Source of the DNA: an uncultured Candidatus Saccharibacteria bacterium
GTDB lineage: Bacteria > Patescibacteriota > Minisyncoccia > Phycocordibacterales > PALSA-1337
Direction: 5' to 3'
Assembly (NCBI GenBank): GCA_964561875.1
Contig: CAZLQL010000001.1
Location: 5,191 to 68,759 of the forward strand
Length of the DNA: 63,569 nucleotides
Below the pieces are notes generated by a model. That model was not told where the DNA came from. It did not search any database and saw only the letters and a list, made by a program, of their open reading frames with translations. Shown here in pieces: positions 37,539-47,863 of the stretch (within the stretch, counting starts at the first letter, position 1; each line of letters opens with the position of its first letter). Both the position numbers and the translations under genes were made by a program.

Positions 37539-38585
37539 ATGGAAACACATTCCAAAGACAATAAAATAAAGCAAAATAAGACTGTTTTAACTGGAGATAG
37601 ACCAACAGGCAGACTTCATCTTGGACATTATGTAGGTTCTATTCAAAATAGGATTGCTCTACAAGATAAGATCGGTAATGGTATCGATAATGCTTTTTAC
37701 ATGATTGCAGATATACAAGCTCTTACAGACAATGCTGATAATCCAGATAAGGTTAGAAATAATGTATTGGAAGTTGCTATGGACAATATCGCTTGTGGTC
37801 TCGATCCAAAAAAAACAACCTTTTTCATTCAATCAGGTATACCAGAAATTGCAGAATTGACTGTACTCTTTTTAAACTTAGTTACTCTCGCTCGTCTTCG
37901 TAGAAATCCTACTGTAAAAAACGAAATGAAACAAAAAGGTTTTGGTGAAGATGTACCTGCAGGTTTTCTTTCATATCCTGTTAGTCAGGCAGCAGATATA
38001 CTATTTTGTAGCGGAAATATAGTTCCTGTGGGGGAAGATCAACTACCAGTACTTGAACAAGCAAATGAAATAGTTGATAAATTTAACTCTATTTATGGTG
38101 AGACATTTTCTCGTATCGAACCTGTTTTATCTAATGCGCCAAGATTGGTAGGAATAGATGGAAATGCAAAGGCAAGTAAGTCGCTTGGAAATGCAATATA
38201 TATTTCTGATTCATATGAAGAGATAAAGAAAAAGGTAAATATGATGTATACAGATCCAGAACATATTCATGTAAAGGATCCTGGAAAAGTAGAAGGTAAT
38301 GTGGTTTTCACATATCTTGATATTTTTGATACTGATAAAGATGAAGTAAATAGATTGAAACAAGAATACAGAAAAGGCGGATTGGGAGATGTGGCTATTA
38401 AAAATAGACTTATAGAAGTTTTGGAAAAAATTATTGCACCAATTAGAGAAAAAAGAATGGATTTAGAGAAAAATCCAGAAAAGGTAATGGCTATACTAAA
38501 AGAAGGTACAGAAGAGGCTCGTATTATTGCAAAACAGACAATAGAAAAAGTAAAAAAGGCAATTAAAATAAATTATTTTTCTTAA
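37539..38585 (+). CDS. trpS: Tryptophanyl-tRNA synthetase
   Basis: TGDRPTGRLHLGHYVG (HIGH), KASKSLGN (KMSKS). TATTAT (37527-37532) lies 6 nt before ATG 37539. Confidence 0.92.
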   Translation: METHSKDNKIKQNKTVLTGDRPTGRLHLGHYVGSIQNRIALQDKIGNGIDNAFYMIADIQALTDNADNPDKVRNNVLEVAMDNIACGLDPKKTTFFIQSGIPEIAELTVLFLNLVTLARLRRNPTVKNEMKQKGFGEDVPAGFLSYPVSQAADILFCSGNIVPVGEDQLPVLEQANEIVDKFNSIYGETFSRIEPVLSNAPRLVGIDGNAKASKSLGNAIYISDSYEEIKKKVNMMYTDPEHIHVKDPGKVEGNVVFTYLDIFDTDKDEVNRLKQEYRKGGLGDVAIKNRLIEVLEKIIAPIREKRMDLEKNPEKVMAILKEGTEEARIIAKQTIEKVKKAIKINYFS

Positions 38586-38620
38586 TTGCATTATAACAAA
38601 CATAGGTATATAAATATGCT

Positions 38621-39463
38621 ATGGCAATTCTAATTGATGGCAAAAAGGTAAGTAGTGAGATCTCAAACGATATAAAGAGTGAAATATCTAGTTTTTCTAT
38701 TAAACCAAAGCTTATAATCATTCAGATTGGGGATCTAAAGGCTTCAAATGTTTATGTAGAAAAAAAGATAGAATTTGGTAAAAAAGTTGGTGCAATAGTC
38801 GAATATAAAAAATATGATGAAAGTGTAAAAGAAGAGGAAATTATATCTGATATAAAAAGTTTTAATATAGACAATAGTATTCATGGGGTTATGGTCCAAT
38901 TGCCAATACCAAAGAATTTTAATACAGAAAAGATTTTAGATACTATAGATTATAAAAAGGATGTAGATGGACTAACAGCAACAAATACAAGATTTTTATA
39001 TAACAATAAAGAATTATTCTTACCAGCGACAACAAAAGGTATTATTACTTTACTTGAAAGATATAATATAGATTTATCTGGTAAAAGGGTAGTTATAATC
39101 GGTCATTCTATATTAGTAGGGAAACCAACCGCTCTAGCATTTTTAAATAGAAAAGCAACAGTGACAATATGTAATCAATTTACCAAAGATTTAAACATAG
39201 ACACAAAGAGGGCAGATATAGTTGTTGTGGCAGTAGGACACCCAGGACTTATAACAAAGGACCATGTAAATAAAGATCAGACCATAATCGATATAGGTAT
39301 AAGTGTACTTAAAGACAATAAAATATCTGGTGATGTGAATTTTGATGAGGTAAAAGATATTGTTTATGCCATAACCCCTGTTCCTGGAGGTGTTGGTCCG
39401 ATGACCGTACTCTCACTTTTTGAAAATCTAATAAAGGCGTATAACATGAGTTTGGGTAATTAA
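38621..39463 (+). CDS. folD: Bifunctional methylenetetrahydrofolate dehydrogenase/cyclohydrolase
   Basis: ASNVYVEKK, VQLPIP, PVPGGVGPMT. TATAAA lies 6 nt before the ATG. Confidence 0.92.
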   Translation: MAILIDGKKVSSEISNDIKSEISSFSIKPKLIIIQIGDLKASNVYVEKKIEFGKKVGAIVEYKKYDESVKEEEIISDIKSFNIDNSIHGVMVQLPIPKNFNTEKILDTIDYKKDVDGLTATNTRFLYNNKELFLPATTKGIITLLERYNIDLSGKRVVIIGHSILVGKPTALAFLNRKATVTICNQFTKDLNIDTKRADIVVVAVGHPGLITKDHVNKDQTIIDIGISVLKDNKISGDVNFDEVKDIVYAITPVPGGVGPMTVLSLFENLIKAYNMSLGN

Positions 39464-39565
39464 AGGCTTAAAATGAGCTTATATTTAATATAACAAACAT
39501 TGATTTATGTAAATAAATGTGATATTATATACATGGAATCCTTAACATTCAAATAGGAGGTAAGT

Positions 39566-41431
39566 TTGAATAAAATAAAAGAAACAGTAAAGATAATGGC
39601 ACTCGCTGCCAAGTACTCATTTTCTTTTTGCTACCGCAATTGCAAAAAGGAAACAATATGGCGAATCATATTTGTCATATTGGGAGCGTTGATGTCTTAC
39701 GTACTCATACATTCAGTGGGGTACGTTGTAAACACCGCTCAGAGAATGTCAAAATCAGGAGTTAAGATAATTAATTTTACTGAATTTTTGACAGGTGAAA
39801 TGAAGTGGCCAATTATTTTAACCATCGCACTTCCGTTTATAGGTGTGTGTTTGGGTAGATATAATTGGTTTATTAGATCAAGATGGAATCAGATTTTAAG
39901 GTTCGCAAATCATCGTGAAATGAATGAGCATCGAGCAACACTCGATATTGCTACATTCAAAAGTAAAAAATTCGATGATCTAGTCAGGAGAATATCGGAA
40001 CTTCCGAATTCTTGGCAAACAAGAATCTGGTTCTCTGATGAAATGTTCAATCTCTTGGGAACTCTAATCTCTTTTGTTTTGTTCGGTGCTTCGCTCGTAT
40101 GGTTTAAACCCTCATATGCAATCATTCTTTTTGTTACTGCTTTGCCCATGGCTATAGCAGAATTTAAGTTTGTAAGTATGTGGTGGGTTTTATTTCAAGA
40201 GCTTGTACCAATCAATAAGAGAAGATATATGCTTGAAAAAGCTTATCATCTTCCTAAGGCATTTGTTCAGGCTAAGATGTTTAATCAGTACAAACCCTTA
40301 AGAGGGGAAATTGATTTGAATGTCGAAGATATTATTGAACGTAATGACGCTATTCGGAGGATCGGGGTAATTAGGGAGCTAATTACTTACACAATATCTC
40401 AGTTAGGTTTTTGTGGAGTGATTGTTCATGCTATCTGGTCTACTGTGACAAGTGGTACGGAGATCGGAACCTTAACTATTATCATTGCTGCCGCAAGGAC
40501 TTTTCAAGGAAACTTGGAATCAATCGTCTCGCTTATTGCTGAACAATGGAATTCGGCAAAAGGAGTCGTGTTGATTGAAAAAGATTTCTTTGGTACTAAA
40601 TCAAATATATGCACACCATTTCCGGTTGTGCCATCGTTTGATATTGTTCCCAGGATCACTTTTAAGAATATAGGGTTTACTTATCCAGAAGGTAAGAACC
40701 CAGTTCTTGAAGATGTGAGCTTCACTATAGAGCCAGGAGAAAAGGTTGCCATAGTTGGTGAAAGTGGAAATGGAAAATCTACGCTCATGGCTTTATTGCT
40801 TAGACAATACGATCCAACCTCTGGAGAAATTGAAATCAATGGAGTTCCTCTCACAAATATTAGGCCGGAGGACTGGTGTCATATTGCATCTGGTTTAACA
40901 CAGGAGTATGTTGTACTTCAGAGAAAAATCGGAGAAGAGATCGCGTCATCCAGACCTGAAATTGGTCTTGATATAGGTCGAGTTCTTCAGTCAGCAAAGT
41001 TTGCTTGTTTCGACAGTGTGATCGATGCTGACTCTAAGGGTTTTGATGCCCAGATAGGTACTGAGTTTGGTGGAAGGGAATTCTCTGGTGGTGAAAATCA
41101 AAGACTCGCTCTTGCAAGGGTGCATTACAGAGGCACACCCATACTTGTGCTTGATGAGCCTGATGCAAAGCTTGATCCTGTGTCAGCAAATCAAGTAATG
41201 GAGAATATCTTTGCTTTGCAAGGTATAACCGTAATCATAATTACTCATCATGTGTCCCGCGCTTTGCGTTGTGACAATGTGATCGTTATGAAAAAGGGTA
41301 AGGTAGTTGAGCAGGGTCCTCCAGGGGAACTAAAGGACAAAGGAGGTCAGTTTGCAAGTATGCTTACTTCCGATATGAAACGCCAGGGGAAAACCCAATC
41401 TCCTGAATCAGATACTGAGGACGCTGAATAA
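39566..41431 (+). CDS. ABC exporter, fused TMD-NBD, compositionally G+C-richer than its neighbours
   Basis: TTG start 5 nt after AGGAGG. GESGNGKST, FSGGENQRLALARV, VLDEPDAKLD. Confidence 0.85.
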   Translation: MNKIKETVKIMALAAKYSFSFCYRNCKKETIWRIIFVILGALMSYVLIHSVGYVVNTAQRMSKSGVKIINFTEFLTGEMKWPIILTIALPFIGVCLGRYNWFIRSRWNQILRFANHREMNEHRATLDIATFKSKKFDDLVRRISELPNSWQTRIWFSDEMFNLLGTLISFVLFGASLVWFKPSYAIILFVTALPMAIAEFKFVSMWWVLFQELVPINKRRYMLEKAYHLPKAFVQAKMFNQYKPLRGEIDLNVEDIIERNDAIRRIGVIRELITYTISQLGFCGVIVHAIWSTVTSGTEIGTLTIIIAAARTFQGNLESIVSLIAEQWNSAKGVVLIEKDFFGTKSNICTPFPVVPSFDIVPRITFKNIGFTYPEGKNPVLEDVSFTIEPGEKVAIVGESGNGKSTLMALLLRQYDPTSGEIEINGVPLTNIRPEDWCHIASGLTQEYVVLQRKIGEEIASSRPEIGLDIGRVLQSAKFACFDSVIDADSKGFDAQIGTEFGGREFSGGENQRLALARVHYRGTPILVLDEPDAKLDPVSANQVMENIFALQGITVIIITHHVSRALRCDNVIVMKKGKVVEQGPPGELKDKGGQFASMLTSDMKRQGKTQSPESDTEDAE

Positions 41432-41597
41432 AAAGTCCTCAAACAAAAATCACCAAAGCTAAGGCAATGGTGATTTTCTTTTATAAAATATTTATATTGT
41501 GTGCGCCTGCTCGGTTTCAGATTATGTAAGGTGAGACCTCACAAGGGTTGTTTAGATAATTTAAGAGTGTCATATTTAGTCACCTCTATCGGACAGT

Positions 41598-42347
41598 TTA
41601 ATTCTTCCTGCAAACAAAAATAAAGCTTGAAGGTACCTTCTCTGCTTTTTGGATAGAATAGTACCTTGTGGGATTGTCGTAAGCTTTGTCAGAACCACTT
41701 GGTACAGGTTCATGATACCCGATAATCTCAAATCCGACTTCTCTTAATAACTGAAACCATGTTGATGTTTTTCTGTAAGTAATATATGCAGCAGTTTTTG
41801 ATTTTTTCCAGTTCTCTAGTTTAATAGGGCTTTCATCGTGGTAAGAATGTGTCACAATACATTTCCCATTTTCATATTCAACATCAGAGAAGAAAGTGTG
41901 GTCCCAACTCCAAATAAAAAGTCCTCCTGGTTTTAGGTATGAATAAATATTCTTAAAAGTAGCTTGTGGATTAGGAGTCCAACCAATAGCATAGATAGAG
42001 CAAACAAAATCAACCGGTTCAATATCAATCTTTTCTTCCATCGGGCCTTTAATAAGAACAACTTGTTTCTGGCCTATAGATTCTTTATTATGTTTGGTAG
42101 CTTCATCTAATTGTTTCTGTGAAAGATCAAGTCCATAAACTTTCTTAGCACCTTGTTGGACAAGGTATTTTATCGATCTTCCACTTCCACATCCAATCTC
42201 AAGAAAAGTTTTGTCTTTTATTTCAGGAATTAGATTTAAATCCTTTCCTATATCAAAGGGTCCCCAATAGGGCAAAGCACTTGCTTCAAAAAAATGGTAA
42301 GCAACAATATCCCATGTTTTTTCGTTAGCTAAAATTATTTTATCCAT
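41598..42347 (-). CDS. Class I SAM-dependent methyltransferase
   Basis: Motif I FLEIGCGSGRS, LDLSQKQL. Confidence 0.8.
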   Translation of the reverse strand: MDKIILANEKTWDIVAYHFFEASALPYWGPFDIGKDLNLIPEIKDKTFLEIGCGSGRSIKYLVQQGAKKVYGLDLSQKQLDEATKHNKESIGQKQVVLIKGPMEEKIDIEPVDFVCSIYAIGWTPNPQATFKNIYSYLKPGGLFIWSWDHTFFSDVEYENGKCIVTHSYHDESPIKLENWKKSKTAAYITYRKTSTWFQLLREVGFEIIGYHEPVPSGSDKAYDNPTRYYSIQKAEKVPSSFIFVCRKN

Positions 42348-42412
42348 TGTTCATATTTTAACTTACTAACCAAGAATTAGTTAATCTAAGTCGCTAGGTC
42401 TATCTCATTAAA

Positions 42413-42488
42413 TGGTGCGCCTAGTTGGAATCGAACCAACGACCCACTCCTTAAAAGGGAGATGCTCTACCGACTGAGCTATAGGCGC
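42413..42488 (-). tRNA. tRNA-Lys(TTT), CCA encoded
   Basis: The reverse complement folds as a cloverleaf. Acceptor GCGCCTA/TAGGCGC, anticodon loop CTTTTAA, T-loop TTCGATT. Confidence 0.85.
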
Positions 42489-42543
42489 ATTTTATTACTT
42501 ACTTTGAAATATACTACCATAGTTTGTTCTGGTCCTACCAAAA

Positions 42544-42591
42544 CAGCTATAGGGGCATTACATTACTTACTTACCTTTAAATATACTAGCA
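42544..42591 (-). repeat. Degenerate duplicate of the tRNA-Lys 5' end (about 13 nt) plus its upstream promoter-like region
   Basis: CAGCTATAGGGGCATTACATTACTTACTTACCTTTAAATATACTAGCA versus 42476-42519 GAGCTATAGGCGCATTTTATTACTTACTTTGAAATATACTACCA. Confidence 0.7.
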
Positions 42592-42647
42592 CAAGCGTAT
42601 TTATCCAAAATTACTAATACTTTCGGATAGAAAAGACTATAACTCTT

Positions 42648-43007
42648 TTATAGAGCTAAGTCAAAAGCAAAAGCTCCAGCACCAGTAACTATAAGTGATA
42701 GGGAAATTATAAATAGAATAAAATAGTAATTTATTCCATCAGTAAGAAATGCTTTCTGTTTTATCTTACCAAAGAGCTTTATTGCTAGATAAACCATAGC
42801 CAATATACTTGCTAGTTGTACAAATAAACCTATTACATACAGTAGACCTGTAATAGATAAGAACATAGAAAGTACCACGTCTTTATTTGATTTTTTACTT
42901 TTCCAAGTTCTATATGCCCAATGAATAAATATTATCCCTATAGTTAATCTAAGTAAAAATGGTGCAAATTGTTCAAAAGCCAATAATCCAGGTAATAATG
43001 AAAGCAT
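42648..43007 (-). CDS. DoxX-like membrane protein
   Basis: 4-TM ORF. The second Met is chosen because the first would overlap the divergent trmH-like start. Confidence 0.55.
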   Translation of the reverse strand: MLSLLPGLLAFEQFAPFLLRLTIGIIFIHWAYRTWKSKKSNKDVVLSMFLSITGLLYVIGLFVQLASILAMVYLAIKLFGKIKQKAFLTDGINYYFILFIISLSLIVTGAGAFAFDLAL

Positions 43008-43042
43008 GTTGATGTTTATAAAAACTAATATATAGTACAGAC

Positions 43043-43528
43043 ATGATATCACAAAAGCCCAAAATCTGTCTCGCTCTGGATAATATAAGAAGTACCCATA
43101 ATGTTGGGTCTATATTTAGAATAGCTGATGCTATAGGTGTTGATAAAATATATCTATGTGGAGTTACTCCATCTCCTATAGATCGTTTTGGTCGCGAAAG
43201 AAAAGATATTGCAAAGGTTGCTCTTGGGGCAGAGAAGAATATTGAATGGGAAAATAGTGAAGATATTGTCCACTTGATAAAGAAAATGAAAAAGCTAGGT
43301 TATAAAGTAATAGCTCTGGAACAAGATAAAAGTTCTATAAATTATAAAAAAATTAAAATAGATAGCGATGCTTTTATTATCCTAGGAGAAGAAACAAAGG
43401 GTATAAAAAAAGATATACTTGATCTCTGTGATCATATAGTTGAGATTCCTATGAGAGGGAATAAAGAAAGTTTAAATGTATCTGTGGCTACAGGTGTTCT
43501 TCTCTATGCATTATTTGACACTATTTGA
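43043..43528 (+). CDS. SpoU/TrmH family RNA 2'-O-methyltransferase
   Basis: LDNIRSTHNVGSIFRIADAIG...ESLNVSVA. TATAGT lies 6 nt before the ATG. Confidence 0.85.
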   Translation: MISQKPKICLALDNIRSTHNVGSIFRIADAIGVDKIYLCGVTPSPIDRFGRERKDIAKVALGAEKNIEWENSEDIVHLIKKMKKLGYKVIALEQDKSSINYKKIKIDSDAFIILGEETKGIKKDILDLCDHIVEIPMRGNKESLNVSVATGVLLYALFDTI

Positions 43529-44393
43529 TTAGTTTTTGGTGTGTACTACAAAAGTGTGTGGATCTACCACCTATAACTATTCTTTCGATGCCACCTTTAC
43601 ATTTTCCAAATATACAATCTTTTCCTTTTCTCTTGTAAACCATATGCTGTTCTTGAAATTTGCCTCTTTTCCCATGGATATTTCTATAATCCGACATAGA
43701 ATCTCCACCAAAATCTATTCCTTTTTTTAGTGTAATCTTTATAGCGTCAAATAAATCTCTCAACCTTTTTTCTGGGATCTTATTTACTATACTTCTTGGA
43801 TCTATACCTGATCTGCACAAACTCTCATCTGCATATATATTCCCAATACCAGCAATTATGGTTTGATCCATCAGTACTAGTTTTACTTTTCCATTTTGCT
43901 TTTTGTTTATACAGTGTAAAAACTTTTTAAATGTAAAACTCTTTTCGAGAGGTTCCGGTCCAATATCCTTTAAATGATTTGATAAATGAAGTGAATCAGT
44001 TTTTATCAAAGTTACTTTTGCAAATCGTCTTGTATCACATAGTTCGAGATTTTTTCCATTAGACATATAAAATATAAGTCTAATAAATCTATTATATGGA
44101 TCAGTTTTGTCATAATCACCATAGAGAAGGTGACCAGTCATTTTCATATGAACTAAAATAGTTTTATTGTCTTCGAGATTGATCAGAACATTTTTTGCTC
44201 TTCTGTTTACATTTAGCACTTTTTTACCTAAAACTTCTTTTTTAAAATATTTAAAATAGGCAGGATCCTTTATATTATCCTTTCCTTTAAAATATGGACT
44301 TTTATATTCATTCCAAATATCGACTATGGCTAGTCCAGGTAGAACATTGTGTAATCCACTTGCTGTAGTTTGTACTTCGGGCAATTCTGGCAT
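43521..44393 (-). CDS. mutM: Formamidopyrimidine-DNA glycosylase
   Basis: N-terminal MPELPEV and the H2TH region. TATAAG lies 6 nt before the ATG on the minus strand. Confidence 0.9.
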   Translation of the reverse strand: MPELPEVQTTASGLHNVLPGLAIVDIWNEYKSPYFKGKDNIKDPAYFKYFKKEVLGKKVLNVNRRAKNVLINLEDNKTILVHMKMTGHLLYGDYDKTDPYNRFIRLIFYMSNGKNLELCDTRRFAKVTLIKTDSLHLSNHLKDIGPEPLEKSFTFKKFLHCINKKQNGKVKLVLMDQTIIAGIGNIYADESLCRSGIDPRSIVNKIPEKRLRDLFDAIKITLKKGIDFGGDSMSDYRNIHGKRGKFQEQHMVYKRKGKDCIFGKCKGGIERIVIGGRSTHFCSTHQKLIK

Positions 44394-44417
44394 ACAATTC
44401 TTATATCATATTTTACT

Positions 44418-45668
44418 ATGAAGCACATCAGTATAGCTTTTATTTCAATAGTAGTTCTACTATCTCCTTGGATAGTAAAGAGTTTTCCTAGTACTGTAGA
44501 ATACGTCAGTCAAAATTATATAGAAAATATAGATCAGTTTTTGGCTGCGGTGATACATAAACCTGTACAAATAGTAGATGTAAGAAATAAATATAATACT
44601 GTTACAAAAAAAGTAAGAATACTCATCGTTCCAGGTCACGAACCAAACTTTGGTGGCACTGAGTATGGGAATTTGAAAGAAAGAGATATGACAGTTGATC
44701 TTGCAAACAATCTATCGGAATTCTTTTTAAACAATAGTCATTATGAAGTTTTTGTTACAAGAGATAAGGATAAATGGAGTACTGATATAGATAATTATTT
44801 TAAAAATAATTGGAATGATATAGTTGCTTTTCTAAATGAGAGTAAAACAGATTTACTAAAATCTATAAGTGATGGTTCGGTACAAAGACCAAAAGATTCT
44901 ATTGTTTATCATAATGATGCTCCAAAAAATGTTGCATATAGACTATATGGAATAAATAAATGGAGTAATGAAAATAATATAGATATTGCTATACACATAC
45001 ATTTCAATGATTATCCTAGAAATGACACTACAAAACCAGGTAAATATTCTGGATTGGCAATATATGTTCCTGAAAGAAGCTTTTATAATAGTTCAACAAC
45101 AGATGCAATAGCAAAAACTGTATATAATAGACTTTCAAAATACAATGCAACAAGCAATCTACCAAATGAAGAGGTTGGGATTGTAGAAGACGATGATCTT
45201 ATCGCTATTGGTGCTTACAATACTGCAGATGCAGCAAGTATGCTGATAGAGTATGGATATATATATGAACCTCAATTTGCTGATTCTGTGATAAGGTCAA
45301 AGACAATTAGGGAATTGGCATATCAAACATATCTAGGAATAGAAGATTTCTTCGATCAAAAGGGTAGTGCGGGAATTGTTTACGATACTCTTGTGCTACC
45401 ATATAAATGGGACAATGTAATGGACGATAAGAGTGATTCAAAATCTGAGATATTTGCACTTCAAACAGCTTTGGCGCGTGAAGGGGTTTATCCTCCACAA
45501 GGTATGGATAAAAATTCTTGTCCTAGAACGGGAAAGATAGGTCCATGTACTAAAGCTTCAATAAATGAATTTCAAAAGAAATACGGAATAAAAGGTGAAA
45601 ATAATATTGTAGGAAAAAAGACTTTAGAAATACTTAACAATAAATATTCAGTAAAGGGAGTTATTTAG
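44418..45668 (+). CDS. N-acetylmuramoyl-L-alanine amidase (Amidase_3) with a C-terminal peptidoglycan-binding domain
   Basis: Signal/TM MKHISIAFISIVVLL. ILIVPGHE...E...IAIHIHFN. PG_binding_1-like ALQTALAREGVY...INEFQKKYGI. Confidence 0.8.
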   Translation: MKHISIAFISIVVLLSPWIVKSFPSTVEYVSQNYIENIDQFLAAVIHKPVQIVDVRNKYNTVTKKVRILIVPGHEPNFGGTEYGNLKERDMTVDLANNLSEFFLNNSHYEVFVTRDKDKWSTDIDNYFKNNWNDIVAFLNESKTDLLKSISDGSVQRPKDSIVYHNDAPKNVAYRLYGINKWSNENNIDIAIHIHFNDYPRNDTTKPGKYSGLAIYVPERSFYNSSTTDAIAKTVYNRLSKYNATSNLPNEEVGIVEDDDLIAIGAYNTADAASMLIEYGYIYEPQFADSVIRSKTIRELAYQTYLGIEDFFDQKGSAGIVYDTLVLPYKWDNVMDDKSDSKSEIFALQTALAREGVYPPQGMDKNSCPRTGKIGPCTKASINEFQKKYGIKGENNIVGKKTLEILNNKYSVKGVI

Positions 45669-46884
45669 TTCTACTATTTAATACAAATTCTATTTCTTCT
45701 TTAGCTACTTTTGCATCACTCCAAGGTGTGTTTTTACCATTTGGTCCCATTATATAAGGGTCGGTTCCTTTACCAGTTATGAGTACCAAATCATTTTTCT
45801 TTGCATGAAGTAAGGCATCTCTTATTGCTAATCTTCTATCCATAATTATCGTAGGCTTTTGATTATTTATACCTTTTGCAACATCATTTATTATCTTTTC
45901 AGGATTTTCATCATAAGGATCTTCATTTGTAAGTACTATATATTTACAATATTTATCTGCTATTTTTCCCATTTCTGATCTTTTCCAAACATCTCTACCT
46001 CCTCCTGTGCCACCTAGTACAGCGATTTTATTTCTATCACCAAAAGTACTGTATAGTTTCTCTAGTGAATCTGTAGTGTGAGCATAATCAACTATTACAT
46101 CAAAATCTTGATTTGCTTTTATAAACTGTACACGACCAGATACTTCATTGAATTCTCCTATTGCTAGTTTTATTATTTCTTCTTTTATACCCAATTCTTT
46201 ACAAAGTGTATATGCACCAGAAACATTGTACTGATTAAATTCTCCTAGTAGGGGAGTTTTAATTCCATTATTTTTATAAAATTTAACTTTCTTTTCAGCT
46301 TCATATTTCAAGAATTTCTCACTTTCTTTATCATCGCCATTTACCACAAGTGTTCTAGGTCTTTTATTTGATTTACTCAATTCATAAGCTATATCCAGCT
46401 TCGCATCTCTATAGTTTTCATAAGATCCATGAGATTCTATATGTTCAGGTGAAAGATTTGTAAATACGAGCGAATTTAGATTTAGGAATTTATGTCTAAA
46501 GTTTAATACTCCTTGTGATGTTATTTCCATTACAACATAATCACATTTTGCTTTTACTGCATCTCTTAGAAAGCTTTGTATAAAAAATCTTCCAGGCATA
46601 GACATTTTATACATATTTGGTTTTGTTTCATCACCAATTTTAAATCTAATAGTATTTGATACTGCTGTTTTGTAACCAGCTTTTTCTAATATCGCATTTA
46701 TTATCTCTACAGTTGTACTTTTACCCTTTGTTCCTGTGACTGCTATTATATTTATTTTCCTTCCTGGAAAACCATATAGAACTGCACCCAAGATTGATAG
46801 GGAATAATGATATGCAGGTTGAAAAAAACCATATATACCTTTTGGAATAAATTGTCTTATGAAACTTAGGGTTTTATCTAACAT
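45661..46884 (-). CDS. Mur ligase family protein (MurE-like, lacking the usual N-terminal domain)
   Basis: VTGTKGKSTT P-loop, central and C-terminal Mur ligase domains (ITGKGTDPY). Confidence 0.7.
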   Translation of the reverse strand: MLDKTLSFIRQFIPKGIYGFFQPAYHYSLSILGAVLYGFPGRKINIIAVTGTKGKSTTVEIINAILEKAGYKTAVSNTIRFKIGDETKPNMYKMSMPGRFFIQSFLRDAVKAKCDYVVMEITSQGVLNFRHKFLNLNSLVFTNLSPEHIESHGSYENYRDAKLDIAYELSKSNKRPRTLVVNGDDKESEKFLKYEAEKKVKFYKNNGIKTPLLGEFNQYNVSGAYTLCKELGIKEEIIKLAIGEFNEVSGRVQFIKANQDFDVIVDYAHTTDSLEKLYSTFGDRNKIAVLGGTGGGRDVWKRSEMGKIADKYCKYIVLTNEDPYDENPEKIINDVAKGINNQKPTIIMDRRLAIRDALLHAKKNDLVLITGKGTDPYIMGPNGKNTPWSDAKVAKEEIEFVLNSRTK

Positions 46885-46893
46885 ATTATTTAT

Positions 46894-47460
46894 TTAATTT
46901 TTACCCAATTCTTTTAGAGCCAATTTTACTCTTGCGCCCGTGCCGATATCTTTTGGAATCTTACGCAATACATCCCTAGCTTCTTCAGGGGAATATCCTA
47001 GGGCTTTTAGTGCTTCTACAACATCTATATCTCCAGAAACCTCTACACTATTGCTATCGACAGCTCCTAGTTTGTCTCTAAGTTCTATAACGATCTTTTC
47101 TGCAGTCTTTTTTCCAATTCCTGAAATTTTTACAAGATGTGCTACAGAACCACTTTTTATTGAATTTATTAGTGTGTCTACTGTTGCTAAAGATAAAATA
47201 TTCTGAGCACCTTTTGGTCCTATACCTGAAACAGTTATGAGTAATTCAAAAAAGTCTTTGTCTCTCTTTTCAAGAAAGCCATATATATCCATGGCATCTT
47301 CTCTTATTGCCATATATGTCCAAAAGGTCTTTTCTGCGCCTTCTTTTAGTGTATGTATAGTGTCTGAAGTAAGAAATACCTTGTACCCAACACCAGAAAC
47401 ATCCACTACAATGTATTTTGTATCCTTATATATAACTTTACCCTTTAGTGTAGCTATCAT
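46894..47460 (-). CDS. ruvA: Holliday junction DNA helicase subunit RuvA
   Basis: MIATLKGKV...VDVSGVGYKV, HhH motifs GIGPKGA and GIGKKTAEKI. Internal Met preferred as the start. Confidence 0.88.
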   Translation of the reverse strand: MIATLKGKVIYKDTKYIVVDVSGVGYKVFLTSDTIHTLKEGAEKTFWTYMAIREDAMDIYGFLEKRDKDFFELLITVSGIGPKGAQNILSLATVDTLINSIKSGSVAHLVKISGIGKKTAEKIVIELRDKLGAVDSNSVEVSGDIDVVEALKALGYSPEEARDVLRKIPKDIGTGARVKLALKELGKN

Positions 47461-47530
47461 CACACCATCATATCTTAAGTCTTGTGTTTTTTGAAGCTGT
47501 ATGTTAATTTGAAGAACACATAACAAATAT

Positions 47531-47803
47531 ATGCCTATAACATCATCAGCAAAAAAAGCCCTAAGAGCTAGCTATAAAAAGAGAGTTTTTAACCTACGTC
47601 TTAAGGCTAATATGGATTTGAATATGAAGAAGTTTAGAAAATTGATATCAGACAAAAAGGTAAGTGAGGCAAAGGCTCTTGTACCATCTATATATCAAGC
47701 ATTTGATAAAGCAGTAAAGAAAGATTATATAAAAGCAAATGCAGCATCAAGATCAAAGTCTCGTGTGATGCATGCTCTAAAGAAAGCAGAGGGGGTTAAA
47801 TAA
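47531..47803 (+). CDS. rpsT: 30S ribosomal protein S20
   Basis: MPITSSAKKALRASYKKRVFN; 90 aa, basic. Confidence 0.9.
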   Translation: MPITSSAKKALRASYKKRVFNLRLKANMDLNMKKFRKLISDKKVSEAKALVPSIYQAFDKAVKKDYIKANAASRSKSRVMHALKKAEGVK

Positions 47804-47863
47804 ATATAAACAAAAAAAGCCCGGTTGTTGCTGGGCTTTTGAATACATGTCACAAATCACAAA

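Noticed and set aside
41495-41545. Possible tRNA fragment (TGCGCCTGCTCGGT resembles the tRNA-Lys 5' end)
   Set aside because: The similarity is too short and gapped, and no cloverleaf can be drawn.
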